NCBI GenBank assembly: GCA_030044475.1
Contig: JASHVP010000086.1
Location: forward strand, 1 to 37,501
Reading direction: 5' to 3'
Source: Thermoplasmata archaeon
Lineage (GTDB): Archaea > Thermoplasmatota > Thermoplasmata > Lutacidiplasmatales > UBA184
Length of the DNA stretch: 37,501 nucleotides
In this document: one piece after another, positions 17,998 to 26,615 of the stretch
Layout of the letters: each line of letters begins with the position of its first letter
How positions within the stretch are numbered: the first letter of the stretch is position 1
Position numbers and translations under genes: made by a program
The notes under the pieces: model-generated
Told to the model about the DNA's origin: nothing
The model's input: the letters and a program-made list of their open reading frames with translations, nothing else
The model's database searches: none

Positions 17998-18849
17998 ATG
18001 GGAGAACCGTCGGTCGGCGACCTCGTGCGACGCGAGCGCCTCGGCTCCACCCTGGTACTCACGCTCCACCATCCTCCGGTCAACGTCCTGTCTCGCCCTG
18101 TCCTCGAGGCCCTGGCCGACGCGCTCCGATCGGCCGAGGCCGATGAGGCGGTGCGGGTCGTGGTCCTCGACAGCGACGCGGAGAAGGCGTTCGCCGCCGG
18201 CGCCGACATCCGGGAGATGGCCCCCCTTCGGGCCGCGGAGGCGCGCGAACATGGGGCCCGCGGACAGGCGGTTACCCGCCAGATCGAGCGCCTCCCGCTC
18301 CCCGTGATCGGCGCGGTCCACGGGGTGTGCTTCGGCGGAGGGTGCGAGATCGCGCTCGCCTGCGACTTCCTCGTCGCCAGCGAGGACGCTCAGTTCGGGC
18401 AGCCGGAGATTAACCTCGGCGTCATGCCGGGCTGGGGCGGGACCCGACGGTTGCCCCGACGGATCGGTCCGGCCCGCGCGCGACGCTGGATTATGAGCGG
18501 GAAGCCGGTCGGCGCGACCGAAGCGTTCGAGGCCGGGCTGGTCGACCGCGTCGTCCCGCGGACCGAGCTCCGCGCGACGGCCCTCACTCTGGCGAACGAG
18601 TTGGCGACGAAGCCGCCGCTCGCGCTCGCGGCGGCGAAGTACGCCGTGCTCTCGTCCATCGACCCGGGGATCGACGAGGGGCTCGCGTACGAGCTCGACC
18701 TGTGGGCCCGTCTCTTCGGGACCGTCGGACAGCGCGAAGGGATGCGGGCGTTTCTCGAGAAGCGACCGATCTCCGGCGTCGACCGGGCGGGCTGGGATCG
18801 GCAGTCGACCGGGTTCCCGTGGGCCCGTCCGGAGGCGAAACGGGATTAA
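17998..18849 (+). CDS. Enoyl-CoA hydratase/isomerase (crotonase superfamily)
   Basis: 283 aa with an ATG start. It shows FAAGADIREM, the oxyanion/catalytic region GAVHGVCFGGGCEIALACDFLVASEDAQFGQPEINLGVMPGWGGTRRL, and REGMRAFLEKRP. An ATAAATA box at 17967-17973 lies 25 nt upstream. Confidence 0.9.
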   Translation: MGEPSVGDLVRRERLGSTLVLTLHHPPVNVLSRPVLEALADALRSAEADEAVRVVVLDSDAEKAFAAGADIREMAPLRAAEAREHGARGQAVTRQIERLPLPVIGAVHGVCFGGGCEIALACDFLVASEDAQFGQPEINLGVMPGWGGTRRLPRRIGPARARRWIMSGKPVGATEAFEAGLVDRVVPRTELRATALTLANELATKPPLALAAAKYAVLSSIDPGIDEGLAYELDLWARLFGTVGQREGMRAFLEKRPISGVDRAGWDRQSTGFPWARPEAKRD

Positions 18850-18877
18850 CCTCCCGGCCTCGGTCGGCCGACGCCGT

Positions 18878-18950
18878 GCCGCGGTGGCTCAGCTGGCAGA
18901 GCGGCTCCTTGGTAAGGAGCAGGCCGAGGGTTCAAATCCCTCCCGCGGCT
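18878..18950 (+). tRNA. tRNA-Thr (anticodon GGT)
   Basis: I folded the 73-nt cloverleaf by hand. Acceptor GCCGCGG/CCGCGGC, D-arm GCTC-AGCTGGCA-GAGC, anticodon arm GCTCC-TTGGTAA-GGAGC, variable AGGCC, T-arm GAGGG-TTCAAAT-CCCTC, discriminator T. No CCA is encoded. Confidence 0.9.
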
Positions 18951-19017
18951 GGTCATGCCTTGATTTCTTCCGCACGACTATATCGCTACGCTCCCATACG
19001 GAGAGCTCCGTGGGACG

Positions 19018-20370
19018 ATGGATGCGCCCAAAACGTTCTACGCGAAAAGCGGGAACGTTCATGTTGCATACCAAGTCGTCGGCCGCGGACCCATCGACCT
19101 CGTCATCTCCCCTGGGGCTCCGTCCCACTTAATGGTCTATTGGGAAAGCCCCGACCTGAGGGCGTTCCTGGAGGAACTGAGCCGTTTCGCTCGCCTCATC
19201 CTGTTCGACAAGCGCGGTACCGGAATGTCCGACCGCGTCGCGGGACTCGCCACGCTCGAGGACCGGATGGACGATATCCGCGCGGTCATGGACGCGGCCG
19301 GATCCCAGCGGGCCTGGCACTTCGGAGCCTTCGAGGGCGCGGCGATGAGCATCTTGTTCGCGGCGACGTATCCAGAGAGAACTCTAGGCCTGATCCTTTG
19401 CGGGGGCTACGCTCGGGGGCGTCGGGCGCCGGATTATCCATGGGGAGACGCGGAAGAAGACTCTCAACGGCTCACCGACGCCGTTGAAAGAGACTTCCCG
19501 GCCTGGGTCGAGGATTTCGGGCGGATCTTGGCACCCAGCCGGGCGAACGACCCGGATTTCCAGTCGTGGGTATCGAGGCTACTCCAACTCAGCCACACCC
19601 CCGGGTCGGTCGTCACCCATGGGGCGATGAACCAGCTCATCGACGTCCGTCCGATCCTACCGACTGTCCACGTTCCGACCTTGGTGCTCCATGCCGCGGG
19701 GGATCAGATGGCCCTCGTGGACGAGGGTCGGTACATCGCCGAGCGGATTCCCGGGGCCAAATTCGTCGAGATCGACGGAGTCGACCACTTTTTCTTCGTC
19801 CAGCCGAACACCCGTGCGTTCGTCACGCAAGAGGTTCGTCGCTTCGTAAGCGGTCTTCAGCATCCGTCCGAGGCCGACCGGGTCCTCAAGACGGTGCTGT
19901 TCACGGATATCGTGGGTTCGACCCAACGGCTTGCGTCACTCGGGGACCGGGAGTGGGGTCGACGGCTGAACCAGCACTTCTCGGTCGCCCGTGAGGAGGT
20001 AGAGCGGTACCGAGGCCGTGAGGTCAAGACCCTCGGCGACGGATTGGTCGCCACCTTCGATGGACCCACTCGGGCCGTTCGATGCGCGTGCGCGATTCGA
20101 GATCGATCGAGGGCGCTGGGCCTCGAAATCCGAGCCGGATTGCACACTGGCGAGTGTGTCCTGACCGACAAGGACATCGAAGGAATTGCGGTTCACTTCG
20201 CCTCGCGGGTGATGGAGAAGGCGCGTCCCGGGGAAGTGCTCGCTTCGGGTACCGTCCGGGACCTCTCGGCCGGTTCCGACCTCCAGTTCGTCGACCGCGG
20301 GGCCCGAACGCTCAAGGGTGTGCAAGGAAGGTGGCGGCTCTACTCGACGGATGACCCCGAACGAAAGTGA
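19018..20370 (+). CDS. Alpha/beta-hydrolase-fold domain fused to a class III adenylate/guanylate cyclase domain (LipJ/Rv1900c-like architecture)
   Basis: 450 aa with an ATG start. The N-terminal hydrolase fold shows FDKRGTGMSD, GAFEGAAMSILFAATYPER, LVLHAAGDQM and GVDHFFF. The C-terminal cyclase shows VLFTDIVGST, EVKTLGDGLVATF, IRAGLHTGE and IAVHFASRVME. Confidence 0.85.
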   Translation: MDAPKTFYAKSGNVHVAYQVVGRGPIDLVISPGAPSHLMVYWESPDLRAFLEELSRFARLILFDKRGTGMSDRVAGLATLEDRMDDIRAVMDAAGSQRAWHFGAFEGAAMSILFAATYPERTLGLILCGGYARGRRAPDYPWGDAEEDSQRLTDAVERDFPAWVEDFGRILAPSRANDPDFQSWVSRLLQLSHTPGSVVTHGAMNQLIDVRPILPTVHVPTLVLHAAGDQMALVDEGRYIAERIPGAKFVEIDGVDHFFFVQPNTRAFVTQEVRRFVSGLQHPSEADRVLKTVLFTDIVGSTQRLASLGDREWGRRLNQHFSVAREEVERYRGREVKTLGDGLVATFDGPTRAVRCACAIRDRSRALGLEIRAGLHTGECVLTDKDIEGIAVHFASRVMEKARPGEVLASGTVRDLSAGSDLQFVDRGARTLKGVQGRWRLYSTDDPERK

Positions 20371-20681
20371 GGCGTCGAGTCGGCCTTCTTCGCGGGCAGA
20401 CCGGCCGAGTTTCGATCCGGCGGCCGAACCCTCATCGCACGAATCCGGCAGGACGATCTGTTTGGGTGGGCGTGGGCAAGGGATTTGCAGCCTTCCGCCC
20501 GGTGGGCACGCGAGATGCTGCATGACACCGCGAAGGTCGGATCGGGGTGTAGGGTCGTGTGGGCCCACGACCTCGGCCACGTCCGTCGCGGTGCGAGCGC
20601 GCCCTGTCCCGAGACGCTATGTGAGGGACGTGCTCGACCGGACCGATAGCGCGCTGGCCCCCTCCGCGCTACCACGTCACG

Positions 20682-21140
20682 GTGGAGTTCGACGTTCCTC
20701 CCTCGTTTGCGTACAAGTGGTGCACCGATTTCCAACCTGACGATAGCGCCTTGGCCGGGGAGCACTTCGAACGCACGATCCTCCAGCGCTCGCGATACGA
20801 GGTTCTCTACGAGGACCTCTGGTGGGAAAGGGACGGCTGGTTTTGGCGCCGGAACCGCGTGACCCTTCATCCGCCCGACCGCTGGCACGCCGATTCCGTC
20901 GGCAATTTCCGAGACTCGACCCTGGACTATCAACTTACGGAGCTGCCGGGAGGTCGGACCCGGTTCGATCTTCGTTTGCGACGTAGACCGGCTCGCGGTC
21001 GTGGGAAGCAGATCGCTCGCGCGGCACTCGAGGCCGAGCTCCGTTGGCGCTGGCGACGCTACGCCCGCGAGATGTCACGAGATTATCGCCGCTCGAAGAG
21101 GAGCCGCCATTCGCATCCGCGCGCTCGGTCGAACCGCTGA
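20682..21140 (+). CDS. SRPBCC (START/polyketide-cyclase-like) superfamily protein with an Arg-rich tail
   Basis: 152 aa with a GTG start; an in-frame stop at 20622-20624 limits the 5' extent. FDVPPSFAYKWCTDFQPDD resembles the N-terminal strand and helix of SRPBCC proteins. This is a weak by-eye assignment. Confidence 0.45.
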   Translation: MEFDVPPSFAYKWCTDFQPDDSALAGEHFERTILQRSRYEVLYEDLWWERDGWFWRRNRVTLHPPDRWHADSVGNFRDSTLDYQLTELPGGRTRFDLRLRRRPARGRGKQIARAALEAELRWRWRRYAREMSRDYRRSKRSRHSHPRARSNR

Positions 21141-21424
21141 ACACCTCTCGACCCAGGGCCCGTAGCGACCCGAGCGGAAAGGCGGGAGCCGCTTAGGAGC
21201 CTTCATACAGGGCTCTCGCGGCCGACGGAGGAACTCGACGAGCGCAGGACCCCGGGATGTGGAGAACCGAGCCCTTTCGGGCCAGCCGTCCATGAACTCC
21301 GGAGGTACCGGAACCAAGGCGATATGCCCTGCCCCGGGTGTTGAGTCTCAACCGGCGGATCAAGGCACTCGATTTTGCAATAGTCTTAATTGGGTTAGAT
21401 CCATAATCCAAATTTGATTTTGCC

Positions 21425-21637
21425 ATGGCAGCCACCACCATCACCGTTTCTCAGGAAACGAGGAAACTCCTGGAGAGCCTGAAGACCGGGGGGGCAACCT
21501 ACGACGACGTGATCCGCGGTCTCTTGATCGCCCACCCGACTCAGCTCACGATGGCCGAGCTTGCCCGGCGAATCCGGGAAGGCAAGTCGCACCCCATCGA
21601 GGAACTCATCGTCCGTAGCCGAAAGCAGCCTTACTGA
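21425..21637 (+). CDS. Putative type II antitoxin (archaeal VapB-like, PF02697-type)
   Basis: 70 aa. TITVSQETRKLLESLKTGGATYDDVIRGLL matches the pattern I recall for archaeal VapB-type antitoxins (TITISDEvyekLkklKg.geSFSdVIerLL). It ends 7 nt before the toxin start. An AT-rich promoter-like stretch lies at 21380-21420. Confidence 0.55.
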   Translation: MAATTITVSQETRKLLESLKTGGATYDDVIRGLLIAHPTQLTMAELARRIREGKSHPIEELIVRSRKQPY

Positions 21638-21644
21638 GGATTCC

Positions 21645-21995
21645 GTGCCGTTTCGCCTCGAAAGTATCGAGGAAGCGGACACAGAGTTTCTAGCACTGCC
21701 TCCCGAAATCCGCGAGGTTTTCATTGCGGCGTTCCGAGAGATCGCTGTCGGCGATTCGCCGATCGCCCATGGGCCGGAGTGGTACTGCTCAGAGCTGCGG
21801 CAGCGACAGCGGGTGGCGACAGAAGGCCTGTTCTCGCTCCACGTCGGCGATCTCTGGAGAGGGGTCTACTTCCGACGCGGCGAGACCCTTATCTTCATCG
21901 CGTTCGGTTTCCGACTACCCGAGTTCTACGACAAGCTCCAGCGGCTGCGGAAGGCCATGACGGCGCTAGGCGAAACCCGAGGAAAGCTACCCTGA
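21645..21995 (+). CDS. RelE/ParE-superfamily toxin (HigB/Gp49-like)
   Basis: 116 aa from GTG 21645, which is preceded by GAGGA at 21636-21640. The core GLFSLHVGDLWRGVYFRRGETLIFIAFGFR fits the gLfElR...yRviYf..g..ivll.gF signature of the family. Confidence 0.55.
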   Translation: MPFRLESIEEADTEFLALPPEIREVFIAAFREIAVGDSPIAHGPEWYCSELRQRQRVATEGLFSLHVGDLWRGVYFRRGETLIFIAFGFRLPEFYDKLQRLRKAMTALGETRGKLP

Positions 21996-22086
21996 CTCTC
22001 CCTCCGGTTTAGCAGCCGTACCCCGCTCGACGCAAGGGTTCCCTCGCGGGGCTCCTGCGCCCTCTCCGGCAGGGCTTTGAACCCTT

Positions 22087-22109
22087 GGGTCAAATCCCTC
22101 CCGCGGCTG
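22087..22109 (+). repeat. Direct repeat of the tRNA-Thr 3' end (att-like site)
   Basis: GGGTCAAATCCCTCCCGCGGCTG compares with tRNA-Thr 18928-18951 GGGTTCAAATCCCTCCCGCGGCTG. The match is 20 nt identical (22090-22109 = 18932-18951), or 23/24 allowing a 1-nt indel. Confidence 0.7.
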
Positions 22110-22376
22110 ATTTTCTCAGCCAGCACCCTGGCCGGGAATTTGCACGGAGTCCTCGCGCGCGCGGTGTGGCGGGAGCTGCTCGACGGCGGGTATCTCCGTG
22201 ACCCGTTTCGACCTGGTTCTCAGAGAGACCTCTCCGCGGAAATCGGTCCCGTGAGTCGATGGCAAACCCTCGACTTCCCCCGGGAGCATGTGGCGGGCGC
22301 AGCCAAGGTCTCCTATCCCATGTCAAGTTCCGTTCGTGGAATCCCTGCAACCAAGTTCATGGGGCTCACACGGTGC

Positions 22377-22868
22377 TCAGACTCCGTGCTGGTCCACGAA
22401 TCGGTTCAACTTCTCGAAACTTCGAATGAGCACCCGGATTTCGTCGGGCTCGAGGACCGAAACGAATCCGGTGACGATCGCCTCGTATCGCCGCCTTGCC
22501 GCAGAAAACAGCTTCCTGCCGGCCGGAGTCATCCGGATGTTCACTACCCTTCGGTCCGAGGAATCTCTCACCCTGCGGACCAGGCCCTTCGTTTCCATTG
22601 CGTCGATGATAGCCGTGACTGCGGCCTTCGTGACGAGGTTTTCGTCGCTCAGCCGGACCATCGGAAGCGGGCCCGATTCCGACAGCTGTTGGAGCACCGC
22701 GAATTCGGTCAGTCTCAGATCGGGCATCCCGAAAGTCTTGTCAAAGTAGTGGGGCCACTTCCTGCTGGCCACGTTCATCGCGCGAAAAGCCGCCGCGGGA
22801 CTGATCGGGGTCTCTTCCCTCGGCCTTCCCTCCTCGGCGCTTGAGGGTACCCGTCGGCGGGTTGGCAT
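22377..22868 (-). CDS. MarR-family transcriptional regulator
   Basis: 163 aa with an ATG start; the internal ATG at 22778 is an alternative. The winged HTH reads LTEFAVLQQLSESGPLPMVRLSDENLVTKAAVTAIIDAMETKGLVRRVRDSSDRRVVNIRMTPAGRKL. Confidence 0.85.
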   Translation of the reverse strand: MPTRRRVPSSAEEGRPREETPISPAAAFRAMNVASRKWPHYFDKTFGMPDLRLTEFAVLQQLSESGPLPMVRLSDENLVTKAAVTAIIDAMETKGLVRRVRDSSDRRVVNIRMTPAGRKLFSAARRRYEAIVTGFVSVLEPDEIRVLIRSFEKLNRFVDQHGV

Positions 22869-23095
22869 CGTGACGCTCCTGCGTAAACGGTCTGTCAGTG
22901 GGCCCCAGGCGGAAGATGATTAAAGCAATTGCTGAATGGTCAAGTGTTAAGTAGTTCATACATTTACTATATTGTCATGGTGCTCGGGACCGAGGGGAGA
23001 CTTGGCTCGGCCAGGACCGAGGCGCTCGGGTACCTCTACCGGCACGATCGTTGCACGTTTGCCGGCCCTGCCGCCGGGCCGAGGCGAGAGGCCAG
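22869..23095. promoter_or_regulatory. AT-rich divergent promoter/operator region between the marR-like and oxidoreductase genes
   Basis: 22915-22980 (gatgattaaagcaattgctgaatggtcaagtgttaagtagttcatacatttactatattgtcatgg) is among the most A/T-rich stretches in the window, with several TATA-like elements. MarR regulators classically bind such intergenic regions. No clean palindrome was found. Confidence 0.4.
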
Positions 23096-24052
23096 ATGAA
23101 GGCCATTATCCAAGATCGTTACGGGAAGGCTGACACCCTAAAGCTGGACGACGTTGAGCCACCGGTCCCGGACGCGACCAGCGTGCTCCTGCGAGTGCGT
23201 TCCGCGTCGGTGAACAGCCTGGACTCGCAGATCATGTCGGGCCGACCGATCCTCCTCCGCCTCCTAGGGTTCGGCTTGACCCGGCCCAAGCGAAGGATCC
23301 GCGGGGTAGACGTGGCGGGCGAGGTCGTCGCCGTACCGAAGTCGGACTCGCATTTCAAGGTCGGCGACTCCGTTTTCGGCATCGGCAGCGGAACGTTTGC
23401 GGAGTATGTCGCTGCCGACGAGCGGGAGATTACGACCAAGCCGGACGGGGTTTCGTTTGACGATGCGGCAACGCTCGGGGTCGCCGCTTGCACGGCCCTC
23501 TTGGCGGTGCGGGACCGGGGACGCCTTCGGCCGGGCCAGTCCGTGGCCATTACGGGGGCAGGCAGTGGCGTCGGAACGTTCGCCGTCCAGCTCGCGAAGT
23601 GGATGGGGGCTCGGGTGACAGCGGTCACTCGCGCAGACAACCTCGAGATGCTCCGTGCATTGGGCGCAGACAAGGTCATCGACTACGACAAAGGGGACTT
23701 CACGTGCGGACCCGACCGTTTCGACGTCGTCTTCGATATCTCGGGCCTCAACTCGACGCGTACCCTGTTGGGTACACTTCGGCCCGGCGGGACCTTGGTC
23801 ATCGTCGGGGGCCGGGGGGCATTCGGTCGATTCCTGAGCGCCGGGTTGCGCCGCCGAATCCTGCGCCAACGGGTGTACGGTCTCCTGGCCAGGGCCAAGG
23901 CGGACGACCTTGCTCAGCTGGCAACACTCGTCGCTGAAGGGAGAATCAAACCCGCCATCGAGCACGTCTATTCACTCTCCGAAGTGCCGGTAGCGATTGC
24001 TCGAGCCGAGCTCCGCCGGGCGCGCGGAAAATTGGTCATCCACGTTGCCTGA
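23096..24052 (+). CDS. NADPH:quinone oxidoreductase / zinc-type alcohol dehydrogenase-like MDR family protein
   Basis: 318 aa from ATG 23096 (MKAIIQDRYG). The Rossmann motif is VAITGAGSGVGTFAVQLAKWMGARV, and the C-terminal GKLVI is typical of quinone-oxidoreductase-type MDRs. Confidence 0.85.
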   Translation: MKAIIQDRYGKADTLKLDDVEPPVPDATSVLLRVRSASVNSLDSQIMSGRPILLRLLGFGLTRPKRRIRGVDVAGEVVAVPKSDSHFKVGDSVFGIGSGTFAEYVAADEREITTKPDGVSFDDAATLGVAACTALLAVRDRGRLRPGQSVAITGAGSGVGTFAVQLAKWMGARVTAVTRADNLEMLRALGADKVIDYDKGDFTCGPDRFDVVFDISGLNSTRTLLGTLRPGGTLVIVGGRGAFGRFLSAGLRRRILRQRVYGLLARAKADDLAQLATLVAEGRIKPAIEHVYSLSEVPVAIARAELRRARGKLVIHVA

Positions 24053-24111
24053 TCGCAATGCGAGGTTCAGTGGATGGAGGGGGGATGCAAGCCGCCGGGG
24101 ATTCGAACCAA

Positions 24112-24142
24112 GAGGGCAGTCCCTCGCGCGGCTGGTTTTCTC
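24112..24142 (+). repeat. Degenerate third copy of the tRNA-Thr 3' end / att region
   Basis: GAGGGCAGTCCCTCGCGCGGCTGGTTTTCTC shares GAGGG..TCCCTC.CGCGGCTGGT with the tRNA 3' end. It shares the following TTTTCTC with the sequence just after the 22087-22109 copy (GCGGCTGATTTTCTC). Confidence 0.4.
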
Positions 24143-24313
24143 GACGCGGCTCGACTCGTACCGGGAAGGGAGGGCAGCCTTCGGGGAGCTAGGACCTCCC
24201 AGAGAGTCCTACCGTGACTTCGAAGGGACTCGACGAGCGAGTACCGCTCCTTTGGGAATCCCCGGGTCGAATTCCACGGTTTGGAACCGAGCCCTTACGG
24301 ACCCGCCGCGCGG

Positions 24314-25300
24314 CTACCCGGCTCGGTCCAACACCTTCAGGGCCGTCAGCGTGATCATCTTGCTCGGACGACCGACCCGCTCGAAGGTCATTGACATCGG
24401 GCGCTCGTTCGGGTGTCCCGCATACCACCGTGCGCTCGTGGTCCCCGCTCGATCCAGCCAGTCGGGATGGTGGGCAGCCAAGTTCCACCGCCCATCGCTC
24501 CGCTGCTTTCTCTTGAGGTGGTCCAGGGCGAAGGCGAGGCGTCGGTCGCTCGCGTACCCAAGAGCGGTCAGCATGTCGAGCCCGACTAGGATATCGTAGT
24601 AGTAGTGCGTGGGCCAGTGGAAACGGTACCACGGCGGGTATCGGTCCCCCTGGCGGTGGAGCTCGTGGTCCAGGAAGAATTCCGATGCCCGCTCCACGCA
24701 CGCCTTCATGGTCGGCGACCACTTCGAGCGCGGATAGGCCGCGAAGGCCGCCAACCCCTCCCACGAATCGAGATTGCGACTCTTCGAGGGACCGTCGGTG
24801 AAGTTCCAACACGACCAGCCTCCTTGGGGGTGCGAGGTCTGGACCAGCCACTCGAGTGTCTTGCGGGTGCGTGGGTCGTCCGCGTATCCGAATTTCACGA
24901 GAGCGCGTGCCATATTGCCCGTGAAACACAGGTGACCGATGCCTTGATTCCCCAGTGCGCCCACGCCGCCGTTCTTGAGCGGGGTTTTCGCCATCCACAG
25001 CTCTGACGACGCAGCAACCTCGGGGATGGAGCGGGAGGCGCCGAGGTCCGCCATCGCGAGGAGATTCCAATTCATCGACTGATACTTCGGCCACATGGGC
25101 GCGCCATTGCGGACCCACCATCCTCCGGGGTCACGCTTGGCGAGCATGTCGGCGACCCAACCTTCCCGAGGGATCCGAGCCTTCGCCTCGCGAACGTCCG
25201 GGTCGCTCGCCTTGCGGCCCAGCAGTTGCGTGAGAGTGAGATAACGAACGGACGGTTGTTCCGGTTCCAACAGCCACTCGATGACTCGTTGGCCCGGCAT
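24314..25300 (-). CDS. Prenyltransferase/squalene-cyclase-like alpha/alpha-toroid repeat protein
   Basis: 328 aa from ATG 25298-25300; the track start at 25312 is a TTG. It has repeated Gly-Trp motifs characteristic of terpenoid cyclase/prenyltransferase repeats (DPGGWWV, PQGGWSCW, SDGRWNL). Its function is unknown. Confidence 0.55.
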   Translation of the reverse strand: MPGQRVIEWLLEPEQPSVRYLTLTQLLGRKASDPDVREAKARIPREGWVADMLAKRDPGGWWVRNGAPMWPKYQSMNWNLLAMADLGASRSIPEVAASSELWMAKTPLKNGGVGALGNQGIGHLCFTGNMARALVKFGYADDPRTRKTLEWLVQTSHPQGGWSCWNFTDGPSKSRNLDSWEGLAAFAAYPRSKWSPTMKACVERASEFFLDHELHRQGDRYPPWYRFHWPTHYYYDILVGLDMLTALGYASDRRLAFALDHLKRKQRSDGRWNLAAHHPDWLDRAGTTSARWYAGHPNERPMSMTFERVGRPSKMITLTALKVLDRAG

Positions 25301-25791
25301 TGCCCGCGGCAATTTCCGGAGCGTTTAATCCTGGATGGAGACGTCGGCCTATCATCACACGGGAGGTTCACATCCGAATCGCGTCGCGGCCTTCGCGTGA
25401 CGTCAGCTCTCAGGACTCGGCGGCGGTGTCTTGGGCGGCCGAGTCGTCCAGGACTTGAGCCCTCAGGTCGAATCCCTCGATCGCGAAGGCTCCTTTGACC
25501 CGAAAACCGGCCGCATCCTGAGCGTCGGCCGCTGCAGCATGGATTTGAACTCCGAGTTGAACCCCTTCTCGCGGGTCTCATCTCGCCGCGGATTTTTGCC
25601 GCGCTCCCCACCGCGCTTACCCAACGTAACCACCGCCTCGAAAACCGAAACAGGAACTTCTGGGCCCGATCGACGAGCTTCGGGTACGGGGCCGAACGGT
25701 GGCGGCACCGAAAAACAGGCTATCGGTCCCGTTCCGAAAGTCTGTCTCGGATGACATCGGTCTAAGAACCCCTTTCGACCATTCCTCGATC

Positions 25792-26574
25792 ATGCCGCGC
25801 CCCGCGACCACATCGGAGAAGATCGAGGGCTGGAATCCCCTTCCCGATCCCAACGGATTCTTCTCGTCGGGAATCGCCGACTTCGACCGGCTGCTCGGGG
25901 GTGGATTCCCCCGAGGGAGCTGCGCGCTCTTCAGCGTCGATGAGACGGTCGGACGCGAAGATCTCGATCTCCTGCTGATCCCGACGTTCCTGAATTTCCT
26001 CTATCAGTCCCGGGGGATCACCGCTACGTTGCCGTCTCGCGATTCCCCTCACGATTTTCGGGCGCGTCTCCTTCGCTTCGTCACGCGCCGTCGGTTCGAC
26101 AGCCGGGTGCGCGTGGTGGATTTCGTGGGTGAGGACGAGGGGCTCTCCTACGTCGTCAGCTTGCGGATCCGGAATCCGGCCCATCACCCGCTCACTCCCA
26201 CCGAACAGAAAGCCGGTCTGGAGAAGGCTCTGAAGGCCGAGAAAGCGGCCGCCGGGAATCGGAGGAAGCCGTGGCTGGAGCTGTCGGCATTCGAAGCCTT
26301 GGAGACGCTCGCGGGGGTGGAAGCGGCGACCCAGATGTTCTACATCGGCACGAAGCGGTCCCGGCAACTCGGCAACCTCTGGATCGGTCTCCTCAGTCCC
26401 GGTTTGGGGAGCGCGGCCGCGGCCCGCAGGATGGCCGATACGGAATTCGCCCTCCGCCACGAGGAGATGGGGCTCCTCATTCGGGGGATTCGACCGTCGT
26501 TCCCGAGTCACGTAGTCGTCTCGGACTCGAGAGCGGGTCCTCCCCACGTTGCGTTCGTCCCCCGCCCCTCCTGA
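25792..26574 (+). CDS. KaiC/RadA-like RecA-superfamily protein with a degenerate (absent) Walker A
   Basis: 260 aa from ATG 25792. SSGIADFDRLLGGGFPRGSCALFS matches the KaiC-like GIxGLDxLLGGGxPxGSxxLxxG signature. The expected GxxGxGKT is replaced by VDETVGRED. The C-terminal ALRHEEMGLLIRGIRPS resembles the KaiC-fold terminal strands. Confidence 0.6.
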   Translation: MPRPATTSEKIEGWNPLPDPNGFFSSGIADFDRLLGGGFPRGSCALFSVDETVGREDLDLLLIPTFLNFLYQSRGITATLPSRDSPHDFRARLLRFVTRRRFDSRVRVVDFVGEDEGLSYVVSLRIRNPAHHPLTPTEQKAGLEKALKAEKAAAGNRRKPWLELSAFEALETLAGVEAATQMFYIGTKRSRQLGNLWIGLLSPGLGSAAAARRMADTEFALRHEEMGLLIRGIRPSFPSHVVVSDSRAGPPHVAFVPRPS

Positions 26575-26615
26575 GGGTCGTCTCGCGGTCGAGGAACGAT
26601 GGGAGGGAGTTCGAG

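Noticed and set aside
19018-21140. The cyclase gene as part of a Pycsar/CBASS-like cyclic-nucleotide defence system
   Set aside because: The neighbouring gene is a small SRPBCC-like protein, not a cNMP-binding/TIR/transmembrane/nuclease effector. The hydrolase-cyclase architecture is that of signalling cyclases rather than the minimal PycC/CD-NTase enzymes. There is no supporting evidence in the sequence.
24075-24150. A possible reverse-strand tRNA (GGTTCGAATCCCCGGCGGCTTGC T-arm/acceptor-like sequence)
   Set aside because: I could not build a cloverleaf. There is no complementary 5' acceptor strand, no D-arm with GG, and the candidate anticodon hairpin has only a 4-nt loop. I treat it as a tRNA 3' fragment (integration scar), not a gene.
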